Assembly: GCA_047495785.1 (NCBI GenBank)
Contig: JBLDXI010000029.1
Coordinates: forward strand, 3,100,001 to 3,164,000
Length of the DNA stretch: 64,000 nucleotides
From: Lepidodermella squamata
Lineage: Eukaryota; Animalia; Gastrotricha
Reading direction: 5' to 3'
Shown one piece after another: positions 13,569 to 27,300 of the stretch (positions within the stretch are counted from its first letter, which is position 1; each line of letters begins with the position of its first letter). The translations under genes were made by a program, and so were the position numbers. The notes beneath the pieces are model-generated. The model searched no databases. It was given only the letters and a program-made list of their open reading frames with translations, and had not been told where the DNA came from.

Positions 13569-16099
13569 TTTATTACAACAGCAATTACAGCTTTGATGCA
13601 AAAATCTATAATAATAATAAAACAGGAAAGTAATAAAAACGCCACCTTAAAAATAATGATTGCGTCGCTTTTCTTTTCTGAGTACTTGCGAGGTCATCGT
13701 CTGCTTTTGCTTCTCAAATCGCGTGCCCCATTTTGTGTGTGCTTATTTTTTCGTGAATGAGCGTGGCGATAAACAACGAAAGTACCAGGCGATGTTCGCT
13801 TGGCAATTTTCAGCCATGAATTTCGAAAATACAGCTAACTGCCTTAAATCAGGACTAGCATGCCTTCATTCGCTGGAATAAGCTTGATTTCAGTTTAAAA
13901 AATTTCCGAAGGTGCAAAATAAAGCAGAGGCAAAAATGAACACGACAGTTCCTTCTGGATGCAAGGTCGAAATTCAGGTCAAAAAAGAAAAGAGCGGAGA
14001 AAAATGGTCTTCCTTTTCGTTCAAAACTCTCCAAATTTTGCTTTCTTTATTTTCGGCGGAAAATCGGAAGTCGGAAGCGCCGATTGGGAAATTTCTTGAA
14101 ATTTACGAGAAATCGAGATTTATCTGAATTCAAGGTATAATTCAATTCGAATAGGATCGCGAAAAGCTATCGGATGAATTTGTCGCAGAGATTAAAATTA
14201 AGAAAAATACATGAAAAATATCACAACTAAAAGTTTTTAAAAAATCCCGAAATACCATTCCATAAGAATTTGAACGATGGCACTGAAGTTGCTGGTGATA
14301 AACATTGAGCGAGAATTTCCAGAATTAACAGAAAAAAATTCGGAAAAAAATTAACAGATTGCCAATAATTTTTGCAGTCGGCCAACATCTTCACTGCTGA
14401 GTTAACTTGTAACAAAAGAGAAATTTAGTAAAAAATTCCACCTTAATAGACGACGCTGTTTTCGTTTGTTTGATTTTTATTGCCCATTTGAGAGGTCGCG
14501 TGTTTTTTTCTTTTATCGCATGAATCATGAATGAATTAGCGTAAGAAATAGAAAATGAACGCAGAAATCTCACGCCATTTAAGTAGGAAAACTTTGCGAT
14601 TTCACTTGGGCAATTATTGAATTGGCCACATTTTCCTGAAATTACCGATTAATCAAATGTAATGGAATCGGCATTCCTCTCTAATTGGGATCCGAAAGTT
14701 TTCTTCACATTTCAAGAAATCTCTTGATTGATTTGTTGAGATCTCATATCTCGATAATTTCAATCAGCAAAAAAACGCAAAATATGACAGATTTCACTGC
14801 ATCAGACAACAGCGATCCATTGCGCCGATTTATATGATGTAATTAAGCATTAAGCCCGGCCACATCAGTGAAAACAAACTAAAAAAGGGAAAACAACGAA
14901 AAATTGTTAAATATTTTCATTAAAATTTCGGGGTTTCTATCGAACTGAAAATAATTTACTAAATTATAATTTGACCGTAAAAACGTGTCTGTGTCATCCC
15001 GGTGACTCTGTCTGGTGAGCGATGGTTGCACTCACCACGTTGCAACGTTTTTCCATTTGTTCAATATTTTCATTTTTTCAATTTTTTCATTATATTTTTT
15101 CGGTTCTTTTTCTTCAAGCCAGGAATCAGGAATACAAGTTGAAAGATTACCACCTAAATAAACAAATAATTTGAATTTTTCATTGGGAAATTTGGCCGCA
15201 ATTACCTATAGCCATAACTGTGCGTCGCCGCAGGTCGCGTTTTACTATACAGCGTGTTCCAGAAGTTGTGCAACTATTTTTTAATTTCGCAAAATTTTGT
15301 AGGAAATTCAGCTAATTCTCCTATTTAAAACGTACCGATAGATCATCTATTCGCGATTTAACCAAAAAATTAATAATTTTCCGGGGAAAACCCCGATGAT
15401 AACGGCAGGTTCGGTAATTTTCGGTTTTCATCTGGTTTGATCCAATTTCTTCGGATTTTTTTAATTTTATTAGTATTCTCGTGAATTTTTTCAATTTTTC
15501 TAAAAAATTGTCGTTTACTTTCTTTGCCTGCGTAAAATACTGGACACAATGAATTATATCAACTAAGGAAATGATCGAAGGAAAAAAATATAATCCGAAC
15601 CTAAAACCAGGGCATTGGTCTGGATTTACATGGGCGGGTCGTTTTCACCGGCCTAAACTCACCTGAGAACATTAGCTTGCCGTGACCTCATTTAGGGACA
15701 TCTCCGTCGAAAAATGTACACGCACGATGGGGTCTGTTGAAGATCTAAATTTTCCCAAATTTCCTAAATTTTTTGAAGTTTGTGATCTGTGAGCTTGATA
15801 AGTCGTCAATTTTTAGCCACTTAGCAAGCTAAGGAACCTTTTTCAATCTAAGCTTTAGCTTCAAAAAGGTTCCATTAGCTTCAAACAGGTTAGTTTCGCC
15901 CCATACCAGCCTAATCCGTGGCTGAATCAGTTTCTGAGGTTTCATCAAAAGGTCTTGAAAACTTGGTTGAAATCATCTATTTGAAATCTAGCTTGAATCA
16001 TCCCAGCCCCAAGATTTAGATAAAAAACAATAAATTGCTGGCCAGTGTTAAATTTCTTAAATTAAAATCGAAAAATAATCTCATCGCAATAATAACTAT

Positions 16100-16850
16100 T
16101 CAGGCTTTCTTGTGGGGAATTAGTTTCCCCTTTAATTCCTGAATGATATGGAAAAATCGCGTTTTGCCATGTCATCGTCTGTTCTACATTTTTTGTTCTT
16201 TTTTTCATTTTCGAAAAAATTAAGCTAGACAATTTTAATTAGTCGTCGCGACGAGTGCGTCAAAGTTGAATACTTTTTTCAAACATTATTTATCCAACTG
16301 CTAGCAGGAGTCTTTGTCTCGACCGAAGGCGGGCAAAACGTGAGCTGGCGGCAGGTAATACAGCCGCGTCAATTTCATACAATTTCGCGAGCTGCTATCT
16401 GTCAACTCTTCCAGACAGCCAGTCAATTATATTAGGGCTGCGTTTTTAGTTTGTTTAGAAGTATAATTTATATTAAAACAACAACGTGATACTACTATAA
16501 GGAACTAAGCTACAAAAATAGTTGTAAAATTAGGGTAATCTCTTATAACCGGCAAACTACTCTAGACATCCATTCATCAACATCAGGGCAGTATTTGTAT
16601 TTGTGAAGAAAAAATAATATAAATAATAAAAAAATATCAGACAATGGTCAAAATTATATAATTAAAAGACATTATTTTGAGGTCATTCGATAATAAAATG
16701 ATTCAACTGGTGACGATACGCAATCGTTGGCACGGCCTGTATATTGAAAGGAGAAGGCACTATCGGGCTAGTTCGCCATAGTGTCTCTTCGAAGCAGATG
16801 AGCGAAAAGAGCAATGACAGCAGAGCAGCGCCATAATAACAGAAAAACGA
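16100..16850. repeat. Locally duplicated non-coding block; other copies at about 26320-26980, 34620-35045 and 38080-38600
   Basis: Shared strings such as gccgcgtcaatttc, tatctgtcaact, aaccggcaaactactc and aaaatatcagacaatgg occur in the same order in the copies. Confidence 0.75.
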
Positions 16851-17274
16851 TATAAGAGTTACTCTATGACTTAACCCAATTTTCGGAGCTGTTCATTCCA
16901 GCGATAGGACTCACCAAGCCATCAAAAGTTCGTTTCCAACTAAAATTCGAAACGATTAGGTGATTTTCAGATTTTTGCGACCTCATCATCTAGAACATTC
17001 GTTCCTTAGATTGATTCCAAAACGGAAATTCTGATTTGTAGCGCAGGAGATATAAGGAAATCCAGGAAATCCAAGTTTGAAGGATGAGATTTGAAGATGC
17101 ATTCGAGATTATGGCGAAAACTTGCTGAACTAAAATTCTTGGATATCATTGGTTTTACTAGAAGTTCAATCTCTTCTGTGCGATCAATCTCTCCGGAAAC
17201 TTCGGTATTAGACAAAAATATGTGAATTTGAGGCCCGTGTGTGCCTCCAATTGCAAGTTTGCCGTCTCAAGCAA

Positions 17275-17680
17275 AAATCGTGTGAAGTTAAATATCGCAA
17301 ATGAAAGCTAGACTGTGCTTTTTGGCAGTCCAAACTACTTGGAGTTGTTTACAAGTTTCGTAATACATTTTTTTCGCCCCAGAAGACGAACGTCTACATC
17401 ATTAACACCTTCCGTATTCATTCGAATAATTACATGTGTAACCTTGCATCAAATCTTTATGTTTTGCCTTGACCGATTTATTTTGATTTAGATTCAAGAT
17501 ACCTCGACAGCTTTGAAGCATTAAAGATTCCCCGTCCCACAATGAAGCATCTGTAACTTCAGGAAATCGTCGAGCTGATTTTATGGCGGTTCGTGCGAAG
17601 TATGTCTGTCATAAGGCGGCGCAGATATATATTCCTGGTGAAATGGCGCTAAAAGAATATCAGTCTTCTCATCTTTCCCC
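17275..17680 (+). promoter_or_regulatory. Conserved upstream/promoter block of the Cys-rich family; copies at about 28065-28477 and 39220-39643
   Basis: gtgaagttaaatatcgcaaatg, catcattaaca...ttcattcgaataat and a gcagatata(t/a)a TATA-like motif about 50 nt before the ATG recur in all three copies. Confidence 0.6.
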
Positions 17681-18543
17681 ATGGCTTACCTTACCCTGAC
17701 GATTCTCGCTGCCGCCTGTGCTGCAGTCACAGCCTGCCCAGCTTCGACGACTACAACACCGTGCCCAACTGGCTCGACTTGCTCATCAGGTCAAAGCTGC
17801 CTGAACACGGCCAATCCGTGTACTACAAGCGGCCAGAGCTGCCAAGCAGCGGTATGATCTAAACCTTTCTTGAGCATTCAATTCAATTCTTTCCTTTAGT
17901 CTACTTACCAATTATGCTCAATGACGACTCTAGGGACTGGCCCTGGGGTTGGTAAAACTGTCAAATTTTGCCACAACATCGCCGGAGCTTCGTGCACGGC
18001 TTATCTTACAGTATCACCTGCTGCTATGGTAATTATTTCAGTAACTCATCAGAACCCAATATCGATTCTTGCGGCTATAGGCTTCAACTGACTCGCCAAA
18101 CAGTTTCAGCACATTTGCTGCATGCTGTGCAGCCACACAGACTACTATCCTCGCTGGGTTCATCCAGTACGAAGTCCTCCCACAGGCGAGCAATGCCCCT
18201 GGCATTTTGACCTGTATCGGCGCAGCTGACGGGAATCCTTACAAAGTAACTGGCGCGAGTGCCAGTGCAACGGCTGGCGAATGCATTCGCTTCCCCAACA
18301 CTGCTAGCTCTGCTGGCAACATGGTTCTAACTAGCGGATTGGTGAGAGCAGGCGTTTTTTTTCCGTATCTAAGGTATAATAATTGATGTTATGTTACAGA
18401 CCACCGTTCCAGGGTCACAGTATGGCCAGTCTACATTCGCCGTTTGTTGCTTCTATCTCGGCACCGCACCCGTTAGACAAATTCCCACTTCAACCCCTGT
18501 ATACGGCTTAGTAATGGAAAGATGCTCCGCCTCTAATACTTGA
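17681..18543 (+). CDS. Cys/Thr/Ala-rich secreted protein, family copy A; exons 17681-17851, 17900-18028, 18081-18341, 18400-18543
   Basis: Signal peptide MAYLTLTILAAACAAVTA. Three phase-0 GT-AG introns give an open frame with motifs VKFCH, TFAACC, YEVLPQ, CIGAA, CIRFP, TFAVCC and YGL..ERC. Confidence 0.85.
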
Positions 18544-18604
18544 AAACACAACAAATTGATTGATTTCCTTCAATATCGGATTGAAAAACTGACTAATTTC
18601 ACAC

Positions 18605-18785
18605 AGTGGCGCTAAAATTTCGTCTCAAGAAACAGCTTATCGATAGTAGAAACTTCAATTCTTGCGGTAAATCGAAATTCTTGATAATTGCTCGCTGTTT
18701 GTCCTAATTTGGTAAATCATCCCCATAAACCAATATGCAGCTAGTTTTCATGGTCTCTCCATGAGACGCAATTTTAGCGTCATCA
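18605..18785. mobile_element. Small inverted-repeat element (MITE-like); matching copy at about 40876-41056
   Basis: cagtggcgctaaaatttcgtctca ... tgagacgcaattttagcgtca form imperfect terminal inverted repeats. It sits at the same position downstream of copies A and D. Confidence 0.5.
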
Positions 18786-19622
18786 CATTATTTAGTGAAA
18801 TATATTTTAAAATCGGCTACTGTAAGTCGAATAAACTCGATAAAAATGATGAACCTTTATCTTTGTTTCGATCCAAGGAAATGTTGACAAGTTCGACTGC
18901 GTGTCCACCGAGTTAGAGAGCCTATTCGGTGCCTGTTTGCGAGTTCACAATGTCTCATCCATTTTGGTGGTCATGCGCGTTATGACTAGATATGATGAAA
19001 GGATTCACTGCATGTATCGAGCTGTTATCAAACAATGGCGGATCGCCAAACTTGATACGACATTGGGCCTGAGTTATTGGCGGTAACTAAAGTGAGAAAC
19101 CTAAACATAGCATGACTGTTAACAAGTGCATAACAAGTGAGGTTGGCAAAATGTTTGACATTGTGAGATTTTAGTGCTACTCTCAAGATCAATTAACGAG
19201 CAGTCGAACGATATCAAACAGAGGGTGATATTTATCAGGGTTGCAGAGAAAATGGGAAAATTTACGAGCGAAATACATATTCGAACTTGGCCATTTTAAG
19301 CCATGAATATTTTGAAAATTCAGACAAGTCTCCATAAATCAGCGACTGCTGGCCCATTGGGCGATTATAGCATGTTATAGCACGAAAAAGGCAGCTCTAT
19401 TCGATGTAGGTGTGAGTTAGGAGTCTGGGAGTGATGAGGAGGTAGGTGTGGGTTACAAGTAATACAAGCATGCGATGATGATCTCTCGTCCAAAATTGGG
19501 AATGTCCGATTTGTGCTCCTCTATAGGAATTATTAATCGTAATCGACGATCGACTTAGCAAATTATCATCAGAGGTATAAATGCCGCCTTGGGCAATTGA
19601 CACCATCATCAAACTGGCCAGG

Positions 19623-19900
19623 TGTTGGGTTCTTGCCAAAGTGATCGTGAGAAGTGACACATAAAAATGACCTAATTAATAACCTCATTTCTCAGGCTCT
19701 ACTTACAGCATCATAACTACTAACCGTTGCAACTAACATTTAGAGAAACCAAATTTGTATTCGAAATCGGATTTACTGTGCCAAATCATACTTACCAAAT
19801 TGCTTATTAATTCCACTAATTCGCGATTTACTAATTAGGGGTTTATATGAATAAAATTTCATTTTGAAGTTTAATCGACTTTTGTGATCGAGTCTCAACA
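19623..19900 (+). repeat. 5' LTR
   Basis: Direct repeat of 24097-24374 with one visible mismatch (caaaG/Atgatc). Confidence 0.97.
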
Positions 19901-19926
19901 ATTGGCGACGCGAGAAAAACACCATC

Positions 19927-22900
19927 ATGAGTGACTTGGCCGCGATTTTGGAGCGTTTGACTACATTGACAGCTTCGCAGGCCGAGGCATTAGCCCAGCA
20001 TTCCGCTGCGCTCGACTTGTTGTCATCAAACAATGAAACCAAGGTTACAAAGGAATTTCCAGGGTTCGACCCGCAGTCCGAGATATGGGAAGATTATCAG
20101 GAACGGTTCGATAATTTTACGAAGGCCCACGCGAAATCGAAGACGAAAGCGGCCTATTTCCTGAGTTGCCAGTCAGAGGCGATTTTCAAGGAGATCAAAA
20201 CTTACCTTCAGCAACTGCCTTCCCCGAAAAAAGTGAACGATGCGACTTACGACGACATCACGGTCTTTATGCAGAAGCAGTACGACCCGAAGAAGTATGT
20301 CGTCCGCGAACGTCACAAGTTTTGGAATAATATTGGCAGAAAAGCGGGTGAGTCGATTCCTCAGCTGGTTGCCAGAATTCGCCAGGATGCGGCTACCTGT
20401 GGTTTTTCAAATATCACTAACCCCTTAGATGAAGCGTTGCGCACCCGTTTCATTTGCTCTGTCAAAAATGAAGCAGTCTTAAAGGCGATTTTCAAGATTT
20501 CTGATACTGATCTTTCATTTCAAAAGGCCATTGATGTCGCGCTTGAAGTGGAGGAGGCGGCGAAAGTTGCCAAGGAGACAGTTTCTGGCCCTCAATTGTC
20601 TTCTCAGTCAGTGCACAACGTGTCTTCGGATGGTCGTCGAGCTGGAGTCAAGAATAAGAACAAACGTCTGTTCAACAAGGGTCGAAGTTCGAAATTTCAA
20701 TCGTCGAATCGCGAATCTTGCCGGGCGTGCGGCAAATTCGATCATCATCGAAATACTTGCAAGTTCAAAAATGCTGAGTGCCATTTTTGTCACAAACTAG
20801 GTCATATTCAAGCGGCTTGTCTCAGTCGTCAAAGGGCTGATCGACAAACATCGTCTGTTCCTCAACCCGTCAATGCTATTCGTGCTCAGGGTGGCCGCTC
20901 TCTTCAGGTGATCGATCGCGAATCGAACTCGAGTGACGCTATTTTTCAATCGTTTTTAGTGTCCAATCGGTTAGTCCAGCTCGAAATTGACTGTGGCTGT
21001 GGGGTAAATTTCATTTCGACCGAGGTTTGGAAACAAGTCGGTTCTCCTGCTCTTCATCCCTGCAGCACTCGATTCGTCAGTGCGTCGAATCACCCGATTC
21101 CTGTTTCGGGCACAGTCGTCTTACCGGTCTGCATTTCCGGTCAGCAAAATGTTTCGGACGTTTTGTTTCATGTTTCTGCTCATCTTAATTTGCTTGGCCG
21201 TAGTGGAATTCTTCAAATAAATTTGTCTATTGATCAGTTGCTGGGAATAACATCTGGTTCTACTTCAACTCGTCAGTTTGTTTCAAAGATTTTTGATAAC
21301 ATTAAGCCGGATTCGGAACTACAAAAGGCCTGCCGCGATCTTTGCAATGAATTTCCGGAGTTTTTCAAACCTGAACTCGGTTGTTTGCGCGATTTTGAGC
21401 TTGAGGTTAAATTTAAGCCCGAGTCGGTGCCGGTTTTCTGCAAGGCTCGACCGGTTCCGTTTGCTCTTGAACAGGACCTGGTGGATGCCTACGACGCCGG
21501 GGTGGCTAAAGGAGTTTGGGAACGGGTTCAATTCAATGACTGGGGTACGCCGGTTGTTCCTATTTAAAAACCGTTGCTTCCTGGCGAGACTAAACGGAAG
21601 TTACGAGTTTGCGGCGATTATTCGGCTTCGATTAATTCTCAGCTTGAACCTCATCGTTATCCACTACCTCTTCCAGCTGATTTGATGCGGAAATTACGTG
21701 GCGGCTATGGCTATAGTCAGATCGATTTGGCCGATGCCTACAACCAGATTTGCTTGGGTCCAGTGTCCCAAAAACGGCTGGCTCTTTCAACTCACAAAGG
21801 GGTTCTTCTTCAAAAACGATTACCTTTTGGAATTACTTCAGCGCCGGGCTATTTTCAAGAAATCATGGATAAATTGACCAGCGATTTGCCTGGTGTTGCT
21901 TGTTTTCTCGATAACATTTTTGTGTCTGGGATCGATGCCGCGGATCATCTATCGAATCTACGTAGGGCTTTGAAGCGCCTGGTTGATAATGGTTTGCGTG
22001 GTCGATTGGAAAAATGCGATTTTGCCATGCCGGTCATCGCCTGTTTGGGACATTTTTTGTCATCTGAAGGTTTGGCAATTGGACCTAAGGTTGATGCGGT
22101 TTTGGCAATGTCTGCTCCGTCGGATGTGGGTACGTTGAAGTCATTTTTGGGGCATGTTCAGTTTTATGCAAAATTTCTTCCACCGAACTTGTCCTCCATT
22201 CTTGAACCGCTTTATCGTCTGCTGAAACTCTCTGAACCGTGGTCATGGGGTGAGTCTCAGCAAGCAGCTTTTGAACGGGTCAAGTGTCTATTGTCATCGG
22301 ATGCGGTTCTGGTTCATTTTGACCCGAGTAAGACTCTGGGTTTGGCTGCCGATGCTTCAGAAGTTGGGATTGGGGCCGTTTTGTTTCATCGATTTGAAGA
22401 TGGTTCGGAACGACCAATCGCCAATGTTTCGAAATTACTCAACAGCAGTCAGCGTCGTTATAGTCAGATTCAACGTGAAGCTCTGGCTATCATCTTTGGA
22501 TTGAAAAAGTTTCATCAATTCGTCTACGGTCGTCATTTCATCATTGTCACTGATCATAAACCTCTGTTGTCGCTTTTTGGCTTCGACAAAGCGACGCCGG
22601 CTATGGCGGCTAATCGTCTAGCCCGTTGGTCCTGGATTCTTCATCAGTATGACTACGACATCGAGTACCGAGCGACTGCCAAGCACGGAAATGCTGATGC
22701 CCTGAGTCGATTGCCTGGGTCGCCTGACAATAATTTTGATGGGGAGGAAAGTGCTGATGATGTTCAAATGGTTTGCCAGGTCAACTTGATTAGTCAGCAA
22801 TTAAATGCTATCAACTCGACTGGCCACGACCCATTGGTTTTGGTTCGTGAGTCGGAGAAAGATCCAGTGATTTCTTCGGTTATTCGCTTTGTGGAAAATG

Positions 22901-24057
22901 GCTGGGCGGAGAAGCTTAACGAGTCGAAGTTGCAAGAAGTCAAGGAATTTAAAAAGTTGTCAGATTTCCTATCAGTTTCGGGCAAATGTCTTTTCTATGG
23001 CTCTCGAGTTGTTATTCCGACTTCTTTACGTAGTCACGTGCTTGGAATTTTACATCTGGGTCACATCGGAATCAGGCGAATGAAACAACTGGCTCGAAGC
23101 GCTGTTTATTGGCCTGGAATTGACGCAGAAATTACCGAAACGGGTCAAAATTGTGTCTCATGTGGTGAGCATCAGAATTTGCCGGTTAAGGCGGCTGTTC
23201 ATCCGTGGATGTTGCCGGAAGTTCCGTGGAGCCGACTGCATGTTGATCATGCGATCAATTTTCTGAAAACGAATTGGTTGGTTGTAGTCGACGTTTATTC
23301 GAAATACCCATGTATTCACCCTACGAGTTCGGTGTCTACAAAATCAACGACAGATCTGCTTGACGGCGATTTCGCTCATTTCGGATTTCCTCACGCGGTG
23401 GTCACCGACAATTCAACCACTTTCACATCGGAGGAGTTCCAGGAGTGGTGCGAGGAGAAGGGCATTGTTCATCTATCTGGAGCACCTTATCATCCCGAAA
23501 CCAACGGTCAGGCGGAAAGAATGGTAGAAACGTTCAAACAGAGTATGAAGAAATCGAGCTTGGTTCCGAAAACTGCTCTGAACGAATTTCTCATCACTTA
23601 CCGTCGTACACCGCTGCCGAATGGTCATTCACCCAGCGAACTGTTGAATGGCAGACAAATTCGCACAAAAATCGATCTGTTGGTTCCATCACCGTTGCAG
23701 TTCGAACTGATGCGTCTCAATCGACGAACAAAGGGGCGAGCATCTGCGGAAATCAACTTTAAAGTCGGTGATCGGGTGTTTGCTCTGTACCATGGTCAGG
23801 TCCGTGACCGAGAACCAAAATGGTATTTGGCTGAGGTTCTGAAGGTCGAAGGCCCACGTACCTGTGAAGTTAAGGTTTTGCCCGACGGCCCTATTTGGCG
23901 TCGACACTCAGATCAGCTGAGACCGTTCAAGGGTCCACCCGATGTTGTGTCTTCACAAAGACCGCCGGTGGCGGAACCCGATTCGTCATCAAGCCCGATT
24001 GCGATATTTACTCGCGACAATCCTCGCCGCTCAGGTCGTTTGCAAGCGAAGTCTTAG
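19927..24057 (+). pseudogene. Gypsy gag-pol in a single frame with one in-frame TAA (21565-21567)
   Basis: Two CCHC knuckles, protease EIDCG, RT LRVCGDY / LPFG / FLDN, RNase H ADAS...YSQIQRE...TDHKPL, integrase HHCC plus D-D-E. Confidence 0.93.
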
Positions 24058-24096
24058 GTTTTCGAATGCCGGTACATTCTCAGCCAGCGGTGAAGG

Positions 24097-24374
24097 TGTT
24101 GGGTTCTTGCCAAAATGATCGTGAGAAGTGACACATAAAAATGACCTAATTAATAACCTCATTTCTCAGGCTCTACTTACAGCATCATAACTACTAACCG
24201 TTGCAACTAACATTTAGAGAAACCAAATTTGTATTCGAAATCGGATTTACTGTGCCAAATCATACTTACCAAATTGCTTATTAATTCCACTAATTCGCGA
24301 TTTACTAATTAGGGGTTTATATGAATAAAATTTCATTTTGAAGTTTAATCGACTTTTGTGATCGAGTCTCAACA
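24097..24374 (+). repeat. 3' LTR
   Basis: Direct repeat of the 5' LTR, followed by TSD CCAGG. Confidence 0.97.
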
Positions 24375-27300
24375 CCAGGTTAACATTTTCGAATTAAGCT
24401 GAAACGAATTTACCGAACTGGAAATCATCGAAAACTTCCCGAATTTCTACAAGGCGAGGAGCCAATTGCTAGAAACTGGGAAATACCGGAACGCTGAAAT
24501 TTCGCTTACTGATAGCTCGAAAACTACTTGTTCCTCTACTCGGTCGAATGAGAATTCGGGAAATACGATTGAAGGCGTTGCGTTGTTTTGTGTTGGGCTG
24601 GGAATGAAGTTCTGTGGTCGCTTGGGAAATGAGCTTTTCAAAAGATTTCCGATTGCAAAAAACGTGACCCGTAAAGCTGAGCTGGTTTTCAACTTATCGA
24701 TGATACGAAACCACTGCCCCGACTCCCGATTGCACTGCGACTCTAGCGGAGATGGTAGAATTCCCCAAAGCCAGCGATTCTTCCCCAGTACTCAATCTGA
24801 AAACAGCATGTCCGCGCGCTTCCCGCGATCGCTTCCCAAAAACCAATTGAGATCCTTTACAAATTCCTCGCGGATGAATCCCTGTGCGACGGCATTAAGG
24901 AGTTCATGAGGTTTTATCTCATGAACTCTCTGAAAACTCATTGAGAGAGCATCGTCGAGAGCATGTGGGCTGTGTTGGATCGCCATGCCTCTCATGACAT
25001 GCCAATCGGCGAGGCAGCAGTGGCCAAAGAACTATTCCTTCATTGGAACGGGCCGAACCTGGCTGGGAAAAAATAAGATCTGTTAATTAAATCAGCGTTG
25101 AATAGGCATTTTTCGAATGAGCCGTGGCATTTCCAACGTCGATCAGGCGATTCTCGAATTTCGTAAAACAAGTTCGTCGACCGAATTGTTAAAGAGGAAG
25201 GGCGAATCTAATTTTGATGAAATGACAAACGGCAAAGGAAAAGCCCTCAAAGAGGCGAGGAGAGTTGAGTGAAAAATAAAACTGATATCTGATTTGGATT
25301 AGTTAAACAGTTGATTTATTAAAATTTCGATTCCCCATTCAAACTTCCCACAAAAAGAGGGTTCACAGTCCTAAAACTTCCCACCATCAAAGGTGGCACG
25401 GTGGTACACTTTTTGCAGCCCTGGTCGTGTTACCCCAAACTAAGTTCTCAGTTATCGAATCTGAATATTAGGTAATGAAAGCTGTGCTCCTGTTCTTGGT
25501 GGAAAGAGGCGGGGTTCTTTGTTCTGTCATCGAAAATACATTATTCGAGGAAAAATATATTGAGAGTGGAAAATAAGTAATTCCGCATGAAAAGAGATAA
25601 CATTTTTATTATTCCGATAGATTCCGACGGTGTTTTGTTCCGCGTAATAGAGACGTTGTTCCGGTAGAAATATTTACGGCCCTTGCTTCGAGCCTCGCAT
25701 TTCTAGCTATTTTTTCGTACCCTGCTGAAGATAACATGTGAGCAGGCAAATGACTACGCAAGGGCGATCGAATCATGTAATTCACATATTGAATTCGCAC
25801 CAAATCAGCTGCATTGCTATCAGGTTGCGACGGCATTAGCTCAGCCGTAACAAGAAAAAACGACTCAGATTCAAATCAAGAAAAACCATTTTCCAGCTTT
25901 GAGCTTTGAGTGAACTTGTTTTATTCTGATGTTGGAGACACAGCGACACAGTACATAGTACCCATAATCGTAGAATTCGAACAACGTTATAAGGTAGTGG
26001 ACGCCTTAACGTTTCACCATAAAAAGCTATGCAACAATAATGATCTTAATGCCATATGCCATATACAGTGAATCCCCGATTCGGCGTCCTTCTATTTTCC
26101 GTCTACGGGAAATCCGGGTATGAAGATGAAAAATCTTCATTTTTCCCCGCAGCATAGCATTGCATGTAAATTGACCCGGATTATCCGTCTTTTCGGATTT
26201 CCCGCCCGATTTGTTGGCCGGCCCGTAGATGACGCCAAATCGGGGTTTCACTATAGTTATATTCGTCCTGACTTGGAGGTTGAATTTCCCGTTAAATGAA
26301 GGAAAACTTCTCTTGTGATAATTTTGTCTGTTCTACATTTCGTTTTTTTCATGTTCGAAAAAAATGAAGCTCGACAATAGACAATTTTAATTAGTCGCGA
26401 CGAGTGCGAGTCTTTGCGTCAACTTACACTATCGTTGAATTAATAATCTCAAACATTTTTTTATCCACGCTGCTGGCTGGGGTTTTGTCACGACCAGGCG
26501 GGCTAAACGGACGGCTTGCGTGAGCCGGCGGCCGCGTCAATTTCGTATTAACGGCGCTATCTGTCAACTCATCCAGACAGCCACTCTATAACATCAGGGC
26601 AGCATTTTTAGTTTATTTGAAAGTAGATAATACAGCAACAACGTGATACTATAGGGATCAAATACAAAATAGTAAAAACGGTGAATCTCTTCAAACATTC
26701 TGTAGACATCCATTCACGTCAGGGCAATTATGTAAAGAAAAAAAATTAAATAATAAAAAAATATCAGACAATGGACAAAATTGAAAGAAACAAATGTGAG
26801 TTCATTCCAAAATACAATAATTTAATAATTGATGATAAGCACCAATCGTTTGCACGGCCTGTAAATCGAGGAGGTAAAATTTACAGATAACAAGACAATT
26901 GTGCGAGTTCGCCAATGAGTCACTAATTCGAAGAATCAGATGTGCGAAAAGAGCAATAACACAAAGAGCAGTATGACATACCGTATTCCCTTGCAAACTG
27001 TGGCAGCCAATATAAAAGGTGGCACATCAACAATTGTCTGACAAAATCCCTCATAAGTATCATGACCTTCCTGGTCTTCCGAGCCCCAGCAGCCCACGTC
27101 GGGTTCCGATTCGGGAAATTTTAAACAAGCTATGAAAAAAATTATTACAAATGTTTGAAGTTAAAATTGGAAAGAACGAAGCTTTCATAAGCCTTGGGAG
27201 TCTCCATTGAGTTTCAAAATCACATTGGATGCTCATCGCGATGCCATTACCGCGATAATCATCTTAATTGAAAAATTAAACGTTCCCCAACTTTCCCTAT

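Larger units (their letters stand above)
19623..24374 (+). mobile_element. Full-length Ty3/Gypsy LTR retrotransposon (Mag-like)
   Basis: 278-bp TG...CA LTRs at 19623-19900 and 24097-24374. 5-bp TSD CCAGG at 19618-19622 and 24375-24379. PBS TGGCGACG at 19903. Domain order gag-PR-RT-RH-IN. Confidence 0.97.
19236..25423 (+). mobile_element. Degenerate hAT-like DNA transposon interrupted by the Gypsy insertion
   Basis: Imperfect TIRs CAGGGTTGCAGAG and (reverse complement) CAGGGCTGCAAAA. 24864-25212 translates, with stops, to a hAT-like C-terminus: KTH*ESIVESM...LHWNGP...ALNRHF..PWHF...FVDRI. No 8-bp TSD is preserved. Confidence 0.55.

Noticed and set aside
300-25200. Recurrent in-frame TAA codons (303, 1619, 21565, hAT remnant) suggesting stop-codon reassignment or readthrough
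   Set aside because: They occur only in TEs that also carry frameshifts or catalytic mutations, and host genes here end normally in TAA.
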